This document shows positions 18,941 through 31,245 of a stretch of 64,000 bases of DNA, piece by piece. Position numbers and translations under genes: made by a program. Location of the stretch: assembly GCA_020638175.1 (NCBI GenBank), contig JACKJA010000002.1, positions 1,478,522-1,542,521 on the forward strand, in the 5' to 3' direction. The notes under the pieces were generated by a model. The model made no database searches. It saw only the letters and a program-made list of their open reading frames with translations, and was not told the DNA's origin. How positions within the stretch are numbered: the stretch's first letter is position 1; every line of letters starts with the position of its first letter. The DNA comes from Rhodospirillales bacterium (GTDB taxonomy: Bacteria > Pseudomonadota > Alphaproteobacteria > Micavibrionales > Micavibrionaceae).

Positions 18941-19765
18941 TTACAGGTTTTTAGCAATCTTGTCGATCGCCATCATCGGCTTCAGCATTTCTTCAAGCTG
19001 ATCCAGATAAACCGCGTTCGGCCCATCCGACGGCGCGTTATCCGGATCTTCATGAACTTCCATGAACACCGCCCCGACACAGCCCGTCGCCAGCGCGGCG
19101 CGCGCCAGATACGGCACCATCGTCCGGTCGCCGCCAGTGCTGCCGCCCAGTCCGCCCGGTTGTTGTACCGAGTGCGTGGCATCAAACACCACCGGATAGC
19201 CGTTTTGCGCCATGATCGGCAGAGAACGCATATCATTGACCAGTGTGTTGTAGCCAAACGTCACACCACGCTCGCACTGCATGATATTCTCGTTGCCGCT
19301 TTCCGCAATTTTTTGCACCACGTTTTTCATGTCCCACGGCGCAAGAAACTGGCCCTTTTTGACATTAATCGGCAGGCCCGTTTTCGCAGCCGCCACGACC
19401 AGATCCGTCTGGCGACACAAAAACGCCGGAATTTGCAGGACATCAACCGACCGTGCAATAACCGCGCATTGCTCTTCCGTATGGACATCGGTGATACACG
19501 GCACATCGAATTCCTGGCGCAGCTCTTCGAACACCGGCAACGCGCCCTCCAGCCCGATCCCGCGCTGACCGTGGATCGAGGTTCGGTTGGCTTTGTCGAA
19601 TGATGATTTGTAAATCAGGCCAATCCCCAGCCGCTGGGCAATCCCCGTCAAGGTCTCGCACATCATAAAGGCGTGATCGCGGCTTTGCATCTGGCACGGC
19701 CCGGCGATCAGCACAAACGGCTTGTCGTTGGCAATCTCTATATTTTTTACGCGTACGGTTTTCAT
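18941..19765 (-). CDS. kdsA: 3-deoxy-8-phosphooctulonate synthase (KDO8P synthase)
   Basis: [16 protein letters not shown]...[11 protein letters not shown]...[11 protein letters not shown]. The Met at 19765 is preferred because the ORF-track start at 19816 overlaps the upstream gene. Confidence 0.93.
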   Translation of the reverse strand: MKTVRVKNIEIANDKPFVLIAGPCQMQSRDHAFMMCETLTGIAQRLGIGLIYKSSFDKANRTSIHGQRGIGLEGALPVFEELRQEFDVPCITDVHTEEQCAVIARSVDVLQIPAFLCRQTDLVVAAAKTGLPINVKKGQFLAPWDMKNVVQKIAESGNENIMQCERGVTFGYNTLVNDMRSLPIMAQNGYPVVFDATHSVQQPGGLGGSTGGDRTMVPYLARAALATGCVGAVFMEVHEDPDNAPSDGPNAVYLDQLEEMLKPMMAIDKIAKNL

Positions 19766-19784
19766 GCCCACCTTTATATAGGCT

Positions 19785-20513
19785 TCACCCCTCTGAATGG
19801 AAGGCAAAAAACTCATCGGTAAAAAGAAAGTCTTTCACACGATCCGCCATAAAGGCATGCCCCTCGCTATTCGGGTGCAGGCCATCCTGTAACATAGCTT
19901 TCCAGTTGGCATTGGCCATAAAAGGTTCCAGCATCGGCAGAAAAGAAACACCCTCTTCCGCGCAAACGGACTGAATGATGCCATCGAACAGCCTGATCCG
20001 CTCATTCTGGTAAGCCATGCTCGGTCGCCACGGCACAGGATTTAACAAGGAATCATCAACCGGCGTCAGCCCCTGGAAGGAGACATTCGCCGTAATACCT
20101 TTTGCCAAAGCAATCAACGACAGTAAGTTCCCACGAAATTCCTCGTCCGAAAACATGGGCCGTTTTTCATCGACCAAATAACGGGAATCGTTCGTCCCGA
20201 TCGAAAAGATAATCTGGAGATTTTCATTTTCCAGCCGTTCTTCCATCCGCGCCCGAGCCTCGGATTCCGCCCGCGCTATTAAATCCGGGACCATATCGCC
20301 CGGCACACCGAGATTAAAAGGAAAGCACCAGAAATCCCGTCCGTTTTCCTCAGCCTTTACATTTTCAGCAAATATCTGGCCGCTCAGGCGCGCAACCCAA
20401 CCTCCGCCCGTATCATTAGCACCCGCTGTAGAACTGCTCCCGACACAAAATAATTTGCCCATGTCACATGATCCCGCCGTAATACTGTCGCCAATGAAAA
20501 AGAGTTTAGACAT
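19785..20513 (-). CDS. SGNH/GDSL-family hydrolase
   Basis: Block I is [10 protein letters not shown], followed by a degenerate second copy [15 protein letters not shown] (block III) and a C-terminal DGLHPN (block V) are also present. Confidence 0.75.
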   Translation of the reverse strand: MSKLFFIGDSITAGSCDMGKLFCVGSSSTAGANDTGGGWVARLSGQIFAENVKAEENGRDFWCFPFNLGVPGDMVPDLIARAESEARARMEERLENENLQIIFSIGTNDSRYLVDEKRPMFSDEEFRGNLLSLIALAKGITANVSFQGLTPVDDSLLNPVPWRPSMAYQNERIRLFDGIIQSVCAEEGVSFLPMLEPFMANANWKAMLQDGLHPNSEGHAFMADRVKDFLFTDEFFAFHSEG

Positions 20514-20516
20514 CCC

Positions 20517-22507
<1,991 letters not shown>

Positions 22508-22511
22508 ATAC

Positions 22512-23258
22512 TTACACCGCTTTCGCTATACCGATAAAATCATCCGTCTTCAGGCTCGCGCCACCAATCAGCGCTCCATCCACGTTTTCGATCCTGAACA
22601 GGTCGCCCGCATTATCGGGTTTGACGGAACCGCCGTACAAAATACGGATTTCGGTGGCATCTGCAAGTCTTTCCTGCAATTTACCACGGATAAATCTGTG
22701 CATGGCCTGCACATCTTCGACCGTGGCCACCTTTCCGGTGCCGATCGCCCACACCGGCTCATAAGCGATAACGGTATTCCCGGCATTCACCAGCGACGGC
22801 AGCGATTCACGCAACTGATGACCGACGATATCTTCGGCCCGCCCCTCTTCCCGCTCGTCTTCCGTCTCCCCGACACAGATAATCGTTTTCAGACCGCTAC
22901 GATGCGCCTGCGCCGCTTTTTCAGCAATCAAACCACTACTCTCTTTATGATACTGACGCCGTTCGGAGTGTCCCAGAATAACGTATTCACAACCGCAATC
23001 CATCAGCATATCCGCAGAAACATCGCCCGTATAAGCCCCCGCCGGAACGTCGGCGCAGTCTTGCCCGCCCAGCGCCACATCTTCGCTGAGAACAGCCGCC
23101 ACACCGGGAATATGAACAAACGGCGGACAGACCAGAAAATCGCACTTGTCCGCCACCTCCGGATCAACCTTGATCGCCGTGACGATTCCCTCGGCCAGCG
23201 CCAGCGCTCCCGCCTTGTTCCCGTTCATTTTCCAGTTCCCGGCAATCAGCTTTTTCAT
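22512..23258 (-). CDS. tpiA: Triose-phosphate isomerase
   Basis: MKKLIAGNWKMNG..., ILGHSERR, AYEPVWAIGTG and YGGSVKP. The ORF-track start at 23576 is an upstream in-frame artefact. Confidence 0.95.
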   Translation of the reverse strand: MKKLIAGNWKMNGNKAGALALAEGIVTAIKVDPEVADKCDFLVCPPFVHIPGVAAVLSEDVALGGQDCADVPAGAYTGDVSADMLMDCGCEYVILGHSERRQYHKESSGLIAEKAAQAHRSGLKTIICVGETEDEREEGRAEDIVGHQLRESLPSLVNAGNTVIAYEPVWAIGTGKVATVEDVQAMHRFIRGKLQERLADATEIRILYGGSVKPDNAGDLFRIENVDGALIGGASLKTDDFIGIAKAV

Positions 23259-23388
23259 GATGTCTTCCTTTATAATGTCTTTCACCGTCTTAGCGACCCT
23301 GTGTCTAAATTGCAATCCCCTGTTGCCCGCTTTCGCAAGGCGTTTTATAGTCTTGCCGCACAAGAGATAATAAGGAGCCAGAAAAAAC

Positions 23389-25296
23389 ATGCTGAATGCA
23401 ATGCGCGAAGGCGCAAAATCAGGGTTTATGAAACTTATACTGATGGGACTGATGGTCATGGCTGTTGGCGGTCTGGTGCTGATGGACGTCGGCGGGTTTT
23501 TCCGCGGCGGCACCGGCACGAATAATGTCGCCAAAATTGAGGGACAGGAATTTCCGGCCATCACATTTGACCGCACGATGCGCCGCGTTCTGGCCCGGCA
23601 AGGACTGGATGTCCAAACGGCTTACCAGCTGGGTCTGGTCGAACAAATCCTGAATAATGAAATCAGCAACAACCTCCTGCAACGCGCCGCCTATGATACA
23701 GGCCTGCAGGTCGGGAGCGAGACTATCGCCCGCCAGATCAACCAGTTGGTGGCCCCTTACGTCACAGAAAACGTCAGCAAAAAAGAAGCCGTCCGCCGCA
23801 TTTTGATGAGCCAGAATATGACCGAAGGCGAATTCATTCGCGCCCTGCGCTCGGAGATGACGGGAACGGTACTCCGCACAGCTCTCATTTTGCCTGCGGC
23901 CTATGCCTCGTCGCAAGCCGCCGACGATATCTATCAATTCAACAACGAACAACGCACCGTCAAAGGCTTTTTCCTGCCCAACAGTGCTATCAAGGATTTT
24001 CAGGAACCCAGCGATGAAGTGCTCCTGCCGTTCTACCAGGCCGGACAGGAACGTTACGCCATTCCGGAAACTCGCGTCTTCACCATGGCGATTTTGACGG
24101 GTGACAAGTTGAAAGAAACGCTGGATATCTCTGACGAAGAATTACGCGCGACATACGAATCCGAGATACAGGCTTACCAGCTTCCCGAACGCCGGAAACT
24201 GGAACAGGCCGTATTTAGCGACGAAGCCACGGCCAAAGCCGTTATCGACAAACTGAACAAAGGGGTCGATATGAAACAGGCGGTAAAAGACGTCACGAAC
24301 AAAACGGACGCCTATCTGGGTACCGAGGATTTCGAACAGGCCGGATTGCTGGAAGAAATAGGCGTACCGGTTTATGCCGCAGCCAAAGGCGACATTGTCG
24401 GACCGATAAAAACAGCGCTCGGCTGGCACGCCCTGATTGTAAAGGATATCCTGCCGCCCAAAACGCGCCCCTTCGACGATGTAAAAGCAGCCCTGAAAAA
24501 AGAGCTGATGCACACACACATGGCCGACCAGATGTTTGAGCATGCCGGACAGATTGACGATGCTCTGGCGGGCGGCGCAACGCTCGAAGACGTCGCCGAG
24601 GAAATGGGATTGAAGCTGGTTAAAATCGGCCCGGTCCGGGAAGACGGATCAACGCCGGATGACAAAGATGGCCTGAAAGATTACGAAGCCGACCGGACTT
24701 ATATCTTGGAGACCGCTTACGAAATGATGGAGGGGGAGACCTCCCCCGTCATGGAGATGGCCGACGGACGCTATATGACTTTGCGGGTCGACACCCTGAT
24801 GCCAAAAAGCTATACGCCGTTCGAAGACGTCAAAAAATCCCTGCGCGATCTGTGGGTAGCCGACCAGCAACAGGTACTAAACAAACAAAAAGCACAGGAC
24901 GCCTTGCTAGCTCTTCTCAATGGCGAAAAGACACTGAGCGATCTGGCCAAGGAAAACGGGGTATCGGTTAAAACCTACAGCCTGTCCCGTAGCGAAGAAG
25001 CCCCTGCTCCACTTACCGCAGCCGGCATGAACGAGCTGTTCACCGTCAAGAAGGACGATGCTCAGGTCGTCAGCGCAAAAGACGGTCTGCTGCTGGGACA
25101 AGTAACAACGATCACCCTGCCCGATCCGGCCAAAGCCGACAAGGACACCATAAACGGCATTAAAGACGCCTTGAAAGGCAGCGAGCAACAAGCCGTTTTT
25201 GCGACCTACCTGCAAAGCCTGCATAACAAATACAAGGTGACAATCAATCATCATCTGCTCGACAGACTCTACGGCGCCGGAAGCGAGCAATATTGA
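23389..25296 (+). CDS. ppiD: Periplasmic chaperone/peptidyl-prolyl isomerase PpiD-like (SurA N-terminal domain plus parvulin-like domain)
   Basis: 635 aa with an N-terminal membrane anchor (MKLILMGLMVMAVGGLVLM) and a parvulin-like segment (GPIKTALGWHALIV). Its position upstream of trpE is common in Alphaproteobacteria. Confidence 0.7.
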   Translation: MLNAMREGAKSGFMKLILMGLMVMAVGGLVLMDVGGFFRGGTGTNNVAKIEGQEFPAITFDRTMRRVLARQGLDVQTAYQLGLVEQILNNEISNNLLQRAAYDTGLQVGSETIARQINQLVAPYVTENVSKKEAVRRILMSQNMTEGEFIRALRSEMTGTVLRTALILPAAYASSQAADDIYQFNNEQRTVKGFFLPNSAIKDFQEPSDEVLLPFYQAGQERYAIPETRVFTMAILTGDKLKETLDISDEELRATYESEIQAYQLPERRKLEQAVFSDEATAKAVIDKLNKGVDMKQAVKDVTNKTDAYLGTEDFEQAGLLEEIGVPVYAAAKGDIVGPIKTALGWHALIVKDILPPKTRPFDDVKAALKKELMHTHMADQMFEHAGQIDDALAGGATLEDVAEEMGLKLVKIGPVREDGSTPDDKDGLKDYEADRTYILETAYEMMEGETSPVMEMADGRYMTLRVDTLMPKSYTPFEDVKKSLRDLWVADQQQVLNKQKAQDALLALLNGEKTLSDLAKENGVSVKTYSLSRSEEAPAPLTAAGMNELFTVKKDDAQVVSAKDGLLLGQVTTITLPDPAKADKDTINGIKDALKGSEQQAVFATYLQSLHNKYKVTINHHLLDRLYGAGSEQY

Positions 25297-26774
25297 TGGA
25301 TATAAGCCCTGATCTGAAAACATTTCAGGACCACTTCAATGCCGGACGAAGCCAGCTTGTCTGGCAATGGATCGCTGCGGACCTCGAAACCCCGGTATCC
25401 GCTTACCTCAAGCTATGCAATAATGAGGCTTACAGCTTTCTTCTCGAATCCGTCGAAGGCGGCGAGAATATCGGCCGTTATTCCGCTATTGGCCTGAATC
25501 CCGACCTGATCTGGACATTCAAAGACGGCGACACGCTGGACACCATCAAGGATCTCGTCCGTAAATGCAAAATCGATCACATTGAGCGCGACATGCCGCC
25601 GATGGCCGCATCCGGCCTGTTCGGATACATGGGCTATGACATGATCCGCCTGATCGAAAACATTCCCGATTCCAATCCCGACGAACTGGGCATCCCGCAA
25701 AGCATCATGATCCGCCCGACCGTCATGGTCATCTTTGATAACGTCAAACACAAAATGTGCGTTGCCACCCCGGTCCGCGCCCATAAAAACAATAGCGACC
25801 AGACCGCCCGTGCCGCCTATGACGAAGCCGCCGGACGCATACAGGATACCTTGCTGGCCCTGCGCGCCCCGGTGCCATACGAGGCTCTGGACAATGAAAC
25901 ACAGATCACCCTGCCGCTGGATGTAAAATCAAACGTCACCCCGCAAGAATTCTATGGCATGGTCGAAAAAGCCAAGGACTATATCCTTGCCGGGGATATA
26001 TTCCAGGCCGTCATCGGCCAGCGTTTTTCCTGCGATTTCGATTTACCGTCATTTGATCTCTACCGCGCCCTGCGCCGCGTAAACCCCTCCCCGTTCCTGT
26101 TTCATCTGAACTTTGATGACTTCAGCCTGATCGGCTCCAGCCCCGAAATTCTCGTCCGGGTCCGTGGCAAAAAGGTAACCGTCCGTCCGATCGCCGGCAC
26201 CCGCCCCCGCGGCAAGACGCCGGAGGAAGACAAGGCGCTGGCCGAAGATCTCCTGTCCGACCCGAAAGAACGCGCCGAACATCTGATGCTGATTGATCTG
26301 GCTCGCAACGACGTTGGAAAGATTGCGGAAATCGGTTCCGTCAAAGTCACCGACCAGTTTTTTATCGAACTCTATTCCCACGTCATGCATATCGTTTCAA
26401 ACGTAGAGGGTACATTACGTCCAGACGTAAACTCTTTCGACGCCTTACTATCAGGCTTCCCTCACGGAACCGTGACCGGCGCCCCGAAAATCCGGGCCAT
26501 GGAGATCATTGATGAACTCGAACCTGTCCGTCGCAGCTTTTATGCGGGCGCCGTCGGTTATCTCGACGGCAATGGCGATGTCGATACCTGCATCGCCCTG
26601 CGCACAGGATTGATTAAAGACGGGAAATTTTATGTACAGGCAGGCGCCGGTGTTGTCGCCGACAGTGTCCCCGAAAGCGAACAGCAAGAATGCATCAATA
26701 AGTCAAAAGCTCTTCTGACGGCGGCAGAAGAGGCGGTGCGGACGGCGCAGCTTCGTCAGCGTCAGAATCATTAA
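25293..26774 (+). CDS. trpE: Anthranilate synthase component I
   Basis: LLESVEGG..., IAGTRPRG, GAPKIRAMEII and YAGAVGY. 493 aa, with a 4-nt overlap with ppiD. Confidence 0.95.
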   Translation: MMDISPDLKTFQDHFNAGRSQLVWQWIAADLETPVSAYLKLCNNEAYSFLLESVEGGENIGRYSAIGLNPDLIWTFKDGDTLDTIKDLVRKCKIDHIERDMPPMAASGLFGYMGYDMIRLIENIPDSNPDELGIPQSIMIRPTVMVIFDNVKHKMCVATPVRAHKNNSDQTARAAYDEAAGRIQDTLLALRAPVPYEALDNETQITLPLDVKSNVTPQEFYGMVEKAKDYILAGDIFQAVIGQRFSCDFDLPSFDLYRALRRVNPSPFLFHLNFDDFSLIGSSPEILVRVRGKKVTVRPIAGTRPRGKTPEEDKALAEDLLSDPKERAEHLMLIDLARNDVGKIAEIGSVKVTDQFFIELYSHVMHIVSNVEGTLRPDVNSFDALLSGFPHGTVTGAPKIRAMEIIDELEPVRRSFYAGAVGYLDGNGDVDTCIALRTGLIKDGKFYVQAGAGVVADSVPESEQQECINKSKALLTAAEEAVRTAQLRQRQNH

Positions 26775-27771
26775 CCGCCTCTGATTCATCCGGCGGATCG
26801 CCCTGCACCACAACGGCGCTCACCGGCACTAGGGCAATCCCCTTACCTTTCAGCGTCGGCAGCCATTCTTTCAGCCCGGCAATCGTCGAATCTTTCGGAT
26901 GACCGATCGCAATCGCCTGCCCATGCGACAGCGCAATGCGCTCCAGCCGCCGCAGACTTGCCCGCACCCCTTCGATCGACGGATCATGGTCGAGGAACAC
27001 ATCGCGCTCGGCATGCGGTACGCCGTAATCCGCGGCAACGTCAAACGCGACGCTGGTGGCAATCGTCCGGGAATCGACAAACAGCAGGCCCCGGTCACGC
27101 AGCGCCGGCATCAAACGCTCCATGGCTTTTTCATCCTGCGTCAAACGGCTGCCCATATGGTTATTCAGACCAACATAACCGTCGAAAGCACCCAGACCTT
27201 CATCCAGCATTTTTTCAAACTCTTCGGCGCTCTGGTCGTGGCGCAGGACAATCCCCCCGGTATCCAGATCGGGATTCATCGGCTCCATCGGCATATGCAC
27301 CATAATTTCGTGCCCCTTGGCACGCGCATCCGCAGCCATTCCCTTTACACCCGCCGCATAAGGCAAAAAAGCCAGCGTCAGGAGATACGGCATATCAATA
27401 ACTTCCTGTGAACGGCGATGATCGACACCGACATCGTCGATAATAATGACCACCTTGGCCTGTCCTTCTGGCACAGCAACGGGCACCGCATTGATCTGCC
27501 ATGCAGGAGGAGGTGGTGGTTCCTTGATAATAAGCTCGGGATCGACCCGCATAATCGGAATATCGTCACTCACCCTCGCGGTATTATCCGGCGCGGTTTC
27601 CACGGCGTCCGTCGTAACCGGCACGGTAACGTCCGGCATCGCAGCGTCCTCCCGCGGGTCATGAAGTTTGGGCTGATAATCGGGGAACAGGAAAAACTGA
27701 ACGATCACCATTAAAATAACGGCAATCACAACAAAGGTCAGAGTCTCACGAGGATCACGGGGCTGTTTCAT
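26695..27771 (-). CDS. Divergent polysaccharide deacetylase family protein (YibQ-like) with an N-terminal membrane anchor
   Basis: VVIIIDDVGVDHRRS...LTLAFLPY...HEIMVHMPMEP...NHMGS matches the YibQ/DUF610 pattern. The Met at 27771 (MKQPRDPRETLTFVVIAVILMV) is preferred over 27873. Confidence 0.7.
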   Translation of the reverse strand: MKQPRDPRETLTFVVIAVILMVIVQFFLFPDYQPKLHDPREDAAMPDVTVPVTTDAVETAPDNTARVSDDIPIMRVDPELIIKEPPPPPAWQINAVPVAVPEGQAKVVIIIDDVGVDHRRSQEVIDMPYLLTLAFLPYAAGVKGMAADARAKGHEIMVHMPMEPMNPDLDTGGIVLRHDQSAEEFEKMLDEGLGAFDGYVGLNNHMGSRLTQDEKAMERLMPALRDRGLLFVDSRTIATSVAFDVAADYGVPHAERDVFLDHDPSIEGVRASLRRLERIALSHGQAIAIGHPKDSTIAGLKEWLPTLKGKGIALVPVSAVVVQGDPPDESEAVNDSDADEAAPSAPPLLPPSEELLTY

Positions 27772-27802
27772 AAAAGCAAAAATCTTCCGGTTGGTTTTAT
27801 CC

Positions 27803-27867
27803 TGTCCAGCGTAAGCGAAGAATCTCCAGATAACAAGCCATCCGTCAATGGAAACACAAGGATGACA
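27803..27867. repeat. Degenerate copy of the palindromic REP-like element family
   Basis: TGTCCAGCGTAAGCGAAGAATCT ... CAAGGATGACA shares the AGCGAAGAATCT and GGATGACA ends with the copies at 31139 and 60566. Confidence 0.45.
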
Positions 27868-27902
27868 TTGCAAAACATCATTGAATACGCCATAACAATC
27901 CG

Positions 27903-28475
27903 ATGCTTGTACTGATCGACAATTACGACAGCTTTACATGGAACCTGGTCCAGTATTTCGGGGATCTGGGCCATAACGTCGACGTTCACCGCAACGACAA
28001 AATCACCGTCGACGACGTGCTGGCCCTGAAACCGGAAGGCATTATTATATCGCCCGGCCCGTCTGATCCGGATCACGCTGGAATCTGTCTGGATTTAATC
28101 AAAGCCGCCGCCGACAAAACTATTCCCCTGCTCGGTGTTTGCCTCGGCCACCAGAGCATCGGTCAGGTATTCGGCGGCCATGTCGTCCGCGCGCCACAGC
28201 CCGTCCATGGCAAAACATGGGATATCTATCATACGGACAAAAGCCTGTTTAAGGGGTTGCCGTCTCCGCTGACCGGCACGCGCTATCACTCGCTGGTCGT
28301 TGATCGCGACACCCTGCCCGACTGTCTGGAGATCACCGCTGAGACAAAGGATAAACTGATTATGGGCCTGCAGCACAAAACCCTGCCCATCCACGGCATC
28401 CAGTTCCATCCCGAAAGCATCGCCACCGAAGGCGGCCATGACATGCTCAAAAATTTCGTGGAGACACTGTCATGA
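27903..28475 (+). CDS. trpG: Anthranilate synthase component II (glutamine amidotransferase)
   Basis: [15 protein letters not shown]..., GVCLGHQ and IQFHPES. 190 aa. Confidence 0.95.
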   Translation: MLVLIDNYDSFTWNLVQYFGDLGHNVDVHRNDKITVDDVLALKPEGIIISPGPSDPDHAGICLDLIKAAADKTIPLLGVCLGHQSIGQVFGGHVVRAPQPVHGKTWDIYHTDKSLFKGLPSPLTGTRYHSLVVDRDTLPDCLEITAETKDKLIMGLQHKTLPIHGIQFHPESIATEGGHDMLKNFVETLS

Positions 28476-29485
28476 AAAAAATTCTCTCTCATATCCGCCG
28501 CGGCCACAAACTAAGCGAACAAGAAATGATCGAAGCCATGAATACGATCATGTCCGGCGGGGCAACCGACGCGCAGCTTGGTGCTTTTCTGATGGGGCTG
28601 GCCGTACGCGGCGAAACGGTGGAAGAGATAACCGGGGCGGCCCGCGTTATGCGCGAGAAAGCCTTCCCAATCAAAGCGCCGGCCGATGCGATTGATTGCT
28701 GCGGCACCGGCGGCGATGGTGTCGGCACCTATAACGTATCCACGGCTGTAGCGTTGGTAGCGGCCGCCTGCGGTGTCCCCATGGCAAAACACGGCAACCG
28801 TGCCGCCAGTTCGAAATCGGGCGCCGCCGATGTTTTAGAAGCCTTGGGCGTTAATCTGACCGCCCCCCATGAAAAACTCGAAGAAGCGCTGAAACGTTTT
28901 AACTTCGCCTTCCTGATGGCGCCCCAGCACCACGAAGCCATGAAATATGTCGTACCGGTACGCAAGGAACTCGGCTGCCGGACGATTTTCAACCTGCTCG
29001 GCCCGCTGGCCAACCCGGCCGGAACCCGGCGCCAGCTTATCGGCGTCTTTGATCCGAAATGGCTGGTTCCCATGGCGCAAGCCCTCAAAAATCTCGGAAC
29101 CGAAAAAGCATGGATTGTCTATGGTTCGGACCACATGGATGAAATCACCGTCACCGGCCCGACCAAAATAGCCGTTCTTGAAAAGGGCGATATTTTCGAA
29201 AAAAGCCTGAAACCCGGCGATTTTGGCCTGCCGACACATAAGCTGGAGGAACTTGTCGGCGGCACGGCCGCGGAAAATGCCGCCGCCCTGCGCGCGCTGC
29301 TGGATGGCAAGCCATCAGCTTACCGCGATATTGTTCTGGCCAACGCCGCGGCGGTCCTCCTCATCCACGGCACCGCAACAAACCTGAAAGACGGCGTTGC
29401 CACGGCCGCCGCCGCCATTGACTCCGGCAAGGCCCGGAAAGTACTGGAAAACTATGCCGCCTTCACCAACGAGGCCGCAGCATGA
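28472..29485 (+). CDS. trpD: Anthranilate phosphoribosyltransferase
   Basis: DCCGTGGDG...[25 protein letters not shown] and NLLGPL. 337 aa. Confidence 0.95.
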   Translation: MKKILSHIRRGHKLSEQEMIEAMNTIMSGGATDAQLGAFLMGLAVRGETVEEITGAARVMREKAFPIKAPADAIDCCGTGGDGVGTYNVSTAVALVAAACGVPMAKHGNRAASSKSGAADVLEALGVNLTAPHEKLEEALKRFNFAFLMAPQHHEAMKYVVPVRKELGCRTIFNLLGPLANPAGTRRQLIGVFDPKWLVPMAQALKNLGTEKAWIVYGSDHMDEITVTGPTKIAVLEKGDIFEKSLKPGDFGLPTHKLEELVGGTAAENAAALRALLDGKPSAYRDIVLANAAAVLLIHGTATNLKDGVATAAAAIDSGKARKVLENYAAFTNEAAA

Positions 29486-30273
29486 GCGTCCTGGATCAAA
29501 TCTGCGATAAAAAACGCGCGCATATAAGAACCAGAATGGCGCAAATGCCTCTGCCAGACCTCAAATTAAAAATTAAAGAAATACCCACAACCATCGGATT
29601 TAAAAACAATATCCTGTCAAAAAAATCACAGGGTCAACCGGCCCTGATCGCCGAGGTCAAAAAAGCATCACCCAGCAAAGGCGTGATCCGTGCCGATTTC
29701 GATCCGGTTGAAATTGCCACGACTTACGAACAAGCAGGCGCAACCTGCCTGTCCGTTCTCACCGACGAACCCTACTTTCAGGGACACGATGATTATCTGG
29801 TGGCCGTAAAGGCCGCCGTCAAAATCCCGGTCCTGCGCAAGGACTTCATGATTGATCCTTATCAGATATACGAATCGCGCGCTCTGGGCGCCGATTGCAT
29901 TTTGCTGATCATGGCCGCCCTCGACGATGTCCTTGCCAAAGAGCTTTATGACCTTACCCACGATCTAGGCATGGATGTGCTGGTCGAAGTCCACGACCGC
30001 GAAGAACTGGATCGCGCCATAGCGCTTGGCGCCGATATGATCGGCATCAACAACCGCAACCTGAAAACCCTCGATGTCAGCCTTCAGACCTCTTACGATT
30101 TACGGGATGACATGCCGGACCACGTTCTTAAAATTGCCGAAAGCGGGATCTATACAAACGCCGATCTGACCGCCCTGCACACCGCAGGATTCGATGCGTT
30201 TTTGGTGGGCGAAAGCCTGATGCGACAGGACGATATCGCCGCCGCCGTTAAAAATCTGATGACGGGCACTTGA
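29482..30273 (+). CDS. trpC: Indole-3-glycerol-phosphate synthase
   Basis: LIAEVKKASPSKG, LSVLTD, LRKDF, EVH, IGINNRNL and ESGI. 263 aa. Confidence 0.95.
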   Translation: MSVLDQICDKKRAHIRTRMAQMPLPDLKLKIKEIPTTIGFKNNILSKKSQGQPALIAEVKKASPSKGVIRADFDPVEIATTYEQAGATCLSVLTDEPYFQGHDDYLVAVKAAVKIPVLRKDFMIDPYQIYESRALGADCILLIMAALDDVLAKELYDLTHDLGMDVLVEVHDREELDRAIALGADMIGINNRNLKTLDVSLQTSYDLRDDMPDHVLKIAESGIYTNADLTALHTAGFDAFLVGESLMRQDDIAAAVKNLMTGT

Positions 30274-30283
30274 CACAAAACAA

Positions 30284-30298
30284 GAACTAAAGTAGAAC
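30284..30298. promoter_or_regulatory. Alphaproteobacterial SOS (LexA) box GAAC-N7-GAAC
   Basis: GAACTAAAGTAGAAC is read directly, 157 nt upstream of the lexA ATG. It matches the published alphaproteobacterial direct-repeat LexA motif GAAC(N7)GAAC / GTTC(N7)GTTC. Confidence 0.65.
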
Positions 30299-30454
30299 AA
30301 AAAGAGATTATTTTAGTCTCAAATAAATACATTTGTATCTCGCTCGCTTTCAACCGTTTCACTTTTTCTTTGCGCCACGCATGGAAAAAGGGGCGTACAA
30401 GGATAGTACGTGAACGATGAATAACGACGCGCAAAGGAAAAGGGAACGATTGAA

Positions 30455-31132
30455 ATGTTAACGCAAAAACAACGTGACTTGTTAATCCTGATCCATGAGC
30501 GGATGAATGAGGGCGATGTCGCCCCGTCTTTCGAAGAGATGAAACAGGCGCTGGGTCTGAAATCAAAATCGGGCATTCACCGCCTGATCAGCGCTCTGGT
30601 CGAACGCGGTTATCTGGAACGCCTGCCCCACCGCGCCCGCGCCCTGCACGTTAAAAAACTGCCCGAAGGCTATCGATCCCCGGCCGACAACGTAACGCCG
30701 ATTCAAATGCCTGTAACCGATACCGGCCCGATACCGATCGCCCATGCTTTTGAATCGATCCCGCTTTACGGCAAAATCGCCGCCGGGTCACCGATCGAAG
30801 CCATCCGGGACGAAGGGGAAATGATTGATATCCCGCCCTCGCTTCTCGGCAATGGCGCGCATTATGCCCTGCGGGTCGAGGGTGACTCCATGATTAATGC
30901 CGGCATTAACGATAAGGACATCGTCATTATCGAACGGGCCGAACGGACCGAACAGGGCCAGATTATTGTCGCTCTGGTTGATGACCTTGAGGTCACCCTC
31001 AAACGCTTCCGCCGTGCCGGAAACCGTATCATTCTGGAACCTGAAAACGACAATTACGAACCGTGGGTTCTGGAACCCGAACGCGTCAAGATCCAGGGCC
31101 GCCTCGTCAGCCTGATGAGAACATATCATTAA
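30455..31132 (+). CDS. lexA: LexA repressor
   Basis: MLTQKQRDLLILI... is a winged HTH. The Ala-Gly cleavage site (KIAAGSP), the Ser (VEGDSM) and the Lys (TLKRF) are present. 225 aa. Confidence 0.95.
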   Translation: MLTQKQRDLLILIHERMNEGDVAPSFEEMKQALGLKSKSGIHRLISALVERGYLERLPHRARALHVKKLPEGYRSPADNVTPIQMPVTDTGPIPIAHAFESIPLYGKIAAGSPIEAIRDEGEMIDIPPSLLGNGAHYALRVEGDSMINAGINDKDIVIIERAERTEQGQIIVALVDDLEVTLKRFRRAGNRIILEPENDNYEPWVLEPERVKIQGRLVSLMRTYH

Positions 31133-31138
31133 CCCTAT

Positions 31139-31223
31139 TGTCCTTCTGACCTCCGCGAAAGCGGGGCGGAAGAATCTAAAGAGCCAAACCATCGCAGTTC
31201 CTTCGCTAACGCTCAGGATGACA
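31139..31223. repeat. Palindromic REP-like element, diverged copy with an expanded left arm
   Basis: TGTCCTTCTGACCTCCGCGAAAGCGGGGCGGAAGAATC ... GTTCCTTCGCTAACGCTCAGGATGACA. The right arm is near-identical to that of the 60566 copy. It sits just after the lexA stop, so it may act as a terminator. Confidence 0.55.
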
Positions 31224-31245
31224 CCGCACAAAAAGAAAGAAATTT

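Noticed and set aside
22512-23576. N-terminal extensions in the ORF track: tpiA at 354 aa, eno at 481 aa, gltX at 533 aa, tsf at 355 aa, plus gltA, kdsA, lpxA, cdsA, yibQ, the GT25 gene and the hydrolase.
   Set aside because: In each case a canonical N-terminus (for example MKKLIAGNWKMNG or [19 protein letters not shown]) begins at an internal Met. The upstream extension also overlaps a neighbouring gene or a divergent promoter region. I treated these as longest-ORF artefacts, not as novel fusions.
30408-30426. A possible second LexA box (GAACGATGAATAACG) closer to the lexA start.
   Set aside because: The second half-site is TAAC/AACG rather than GAAC at N7 spacing. That is too degenerate to call without a position weight matrix score.
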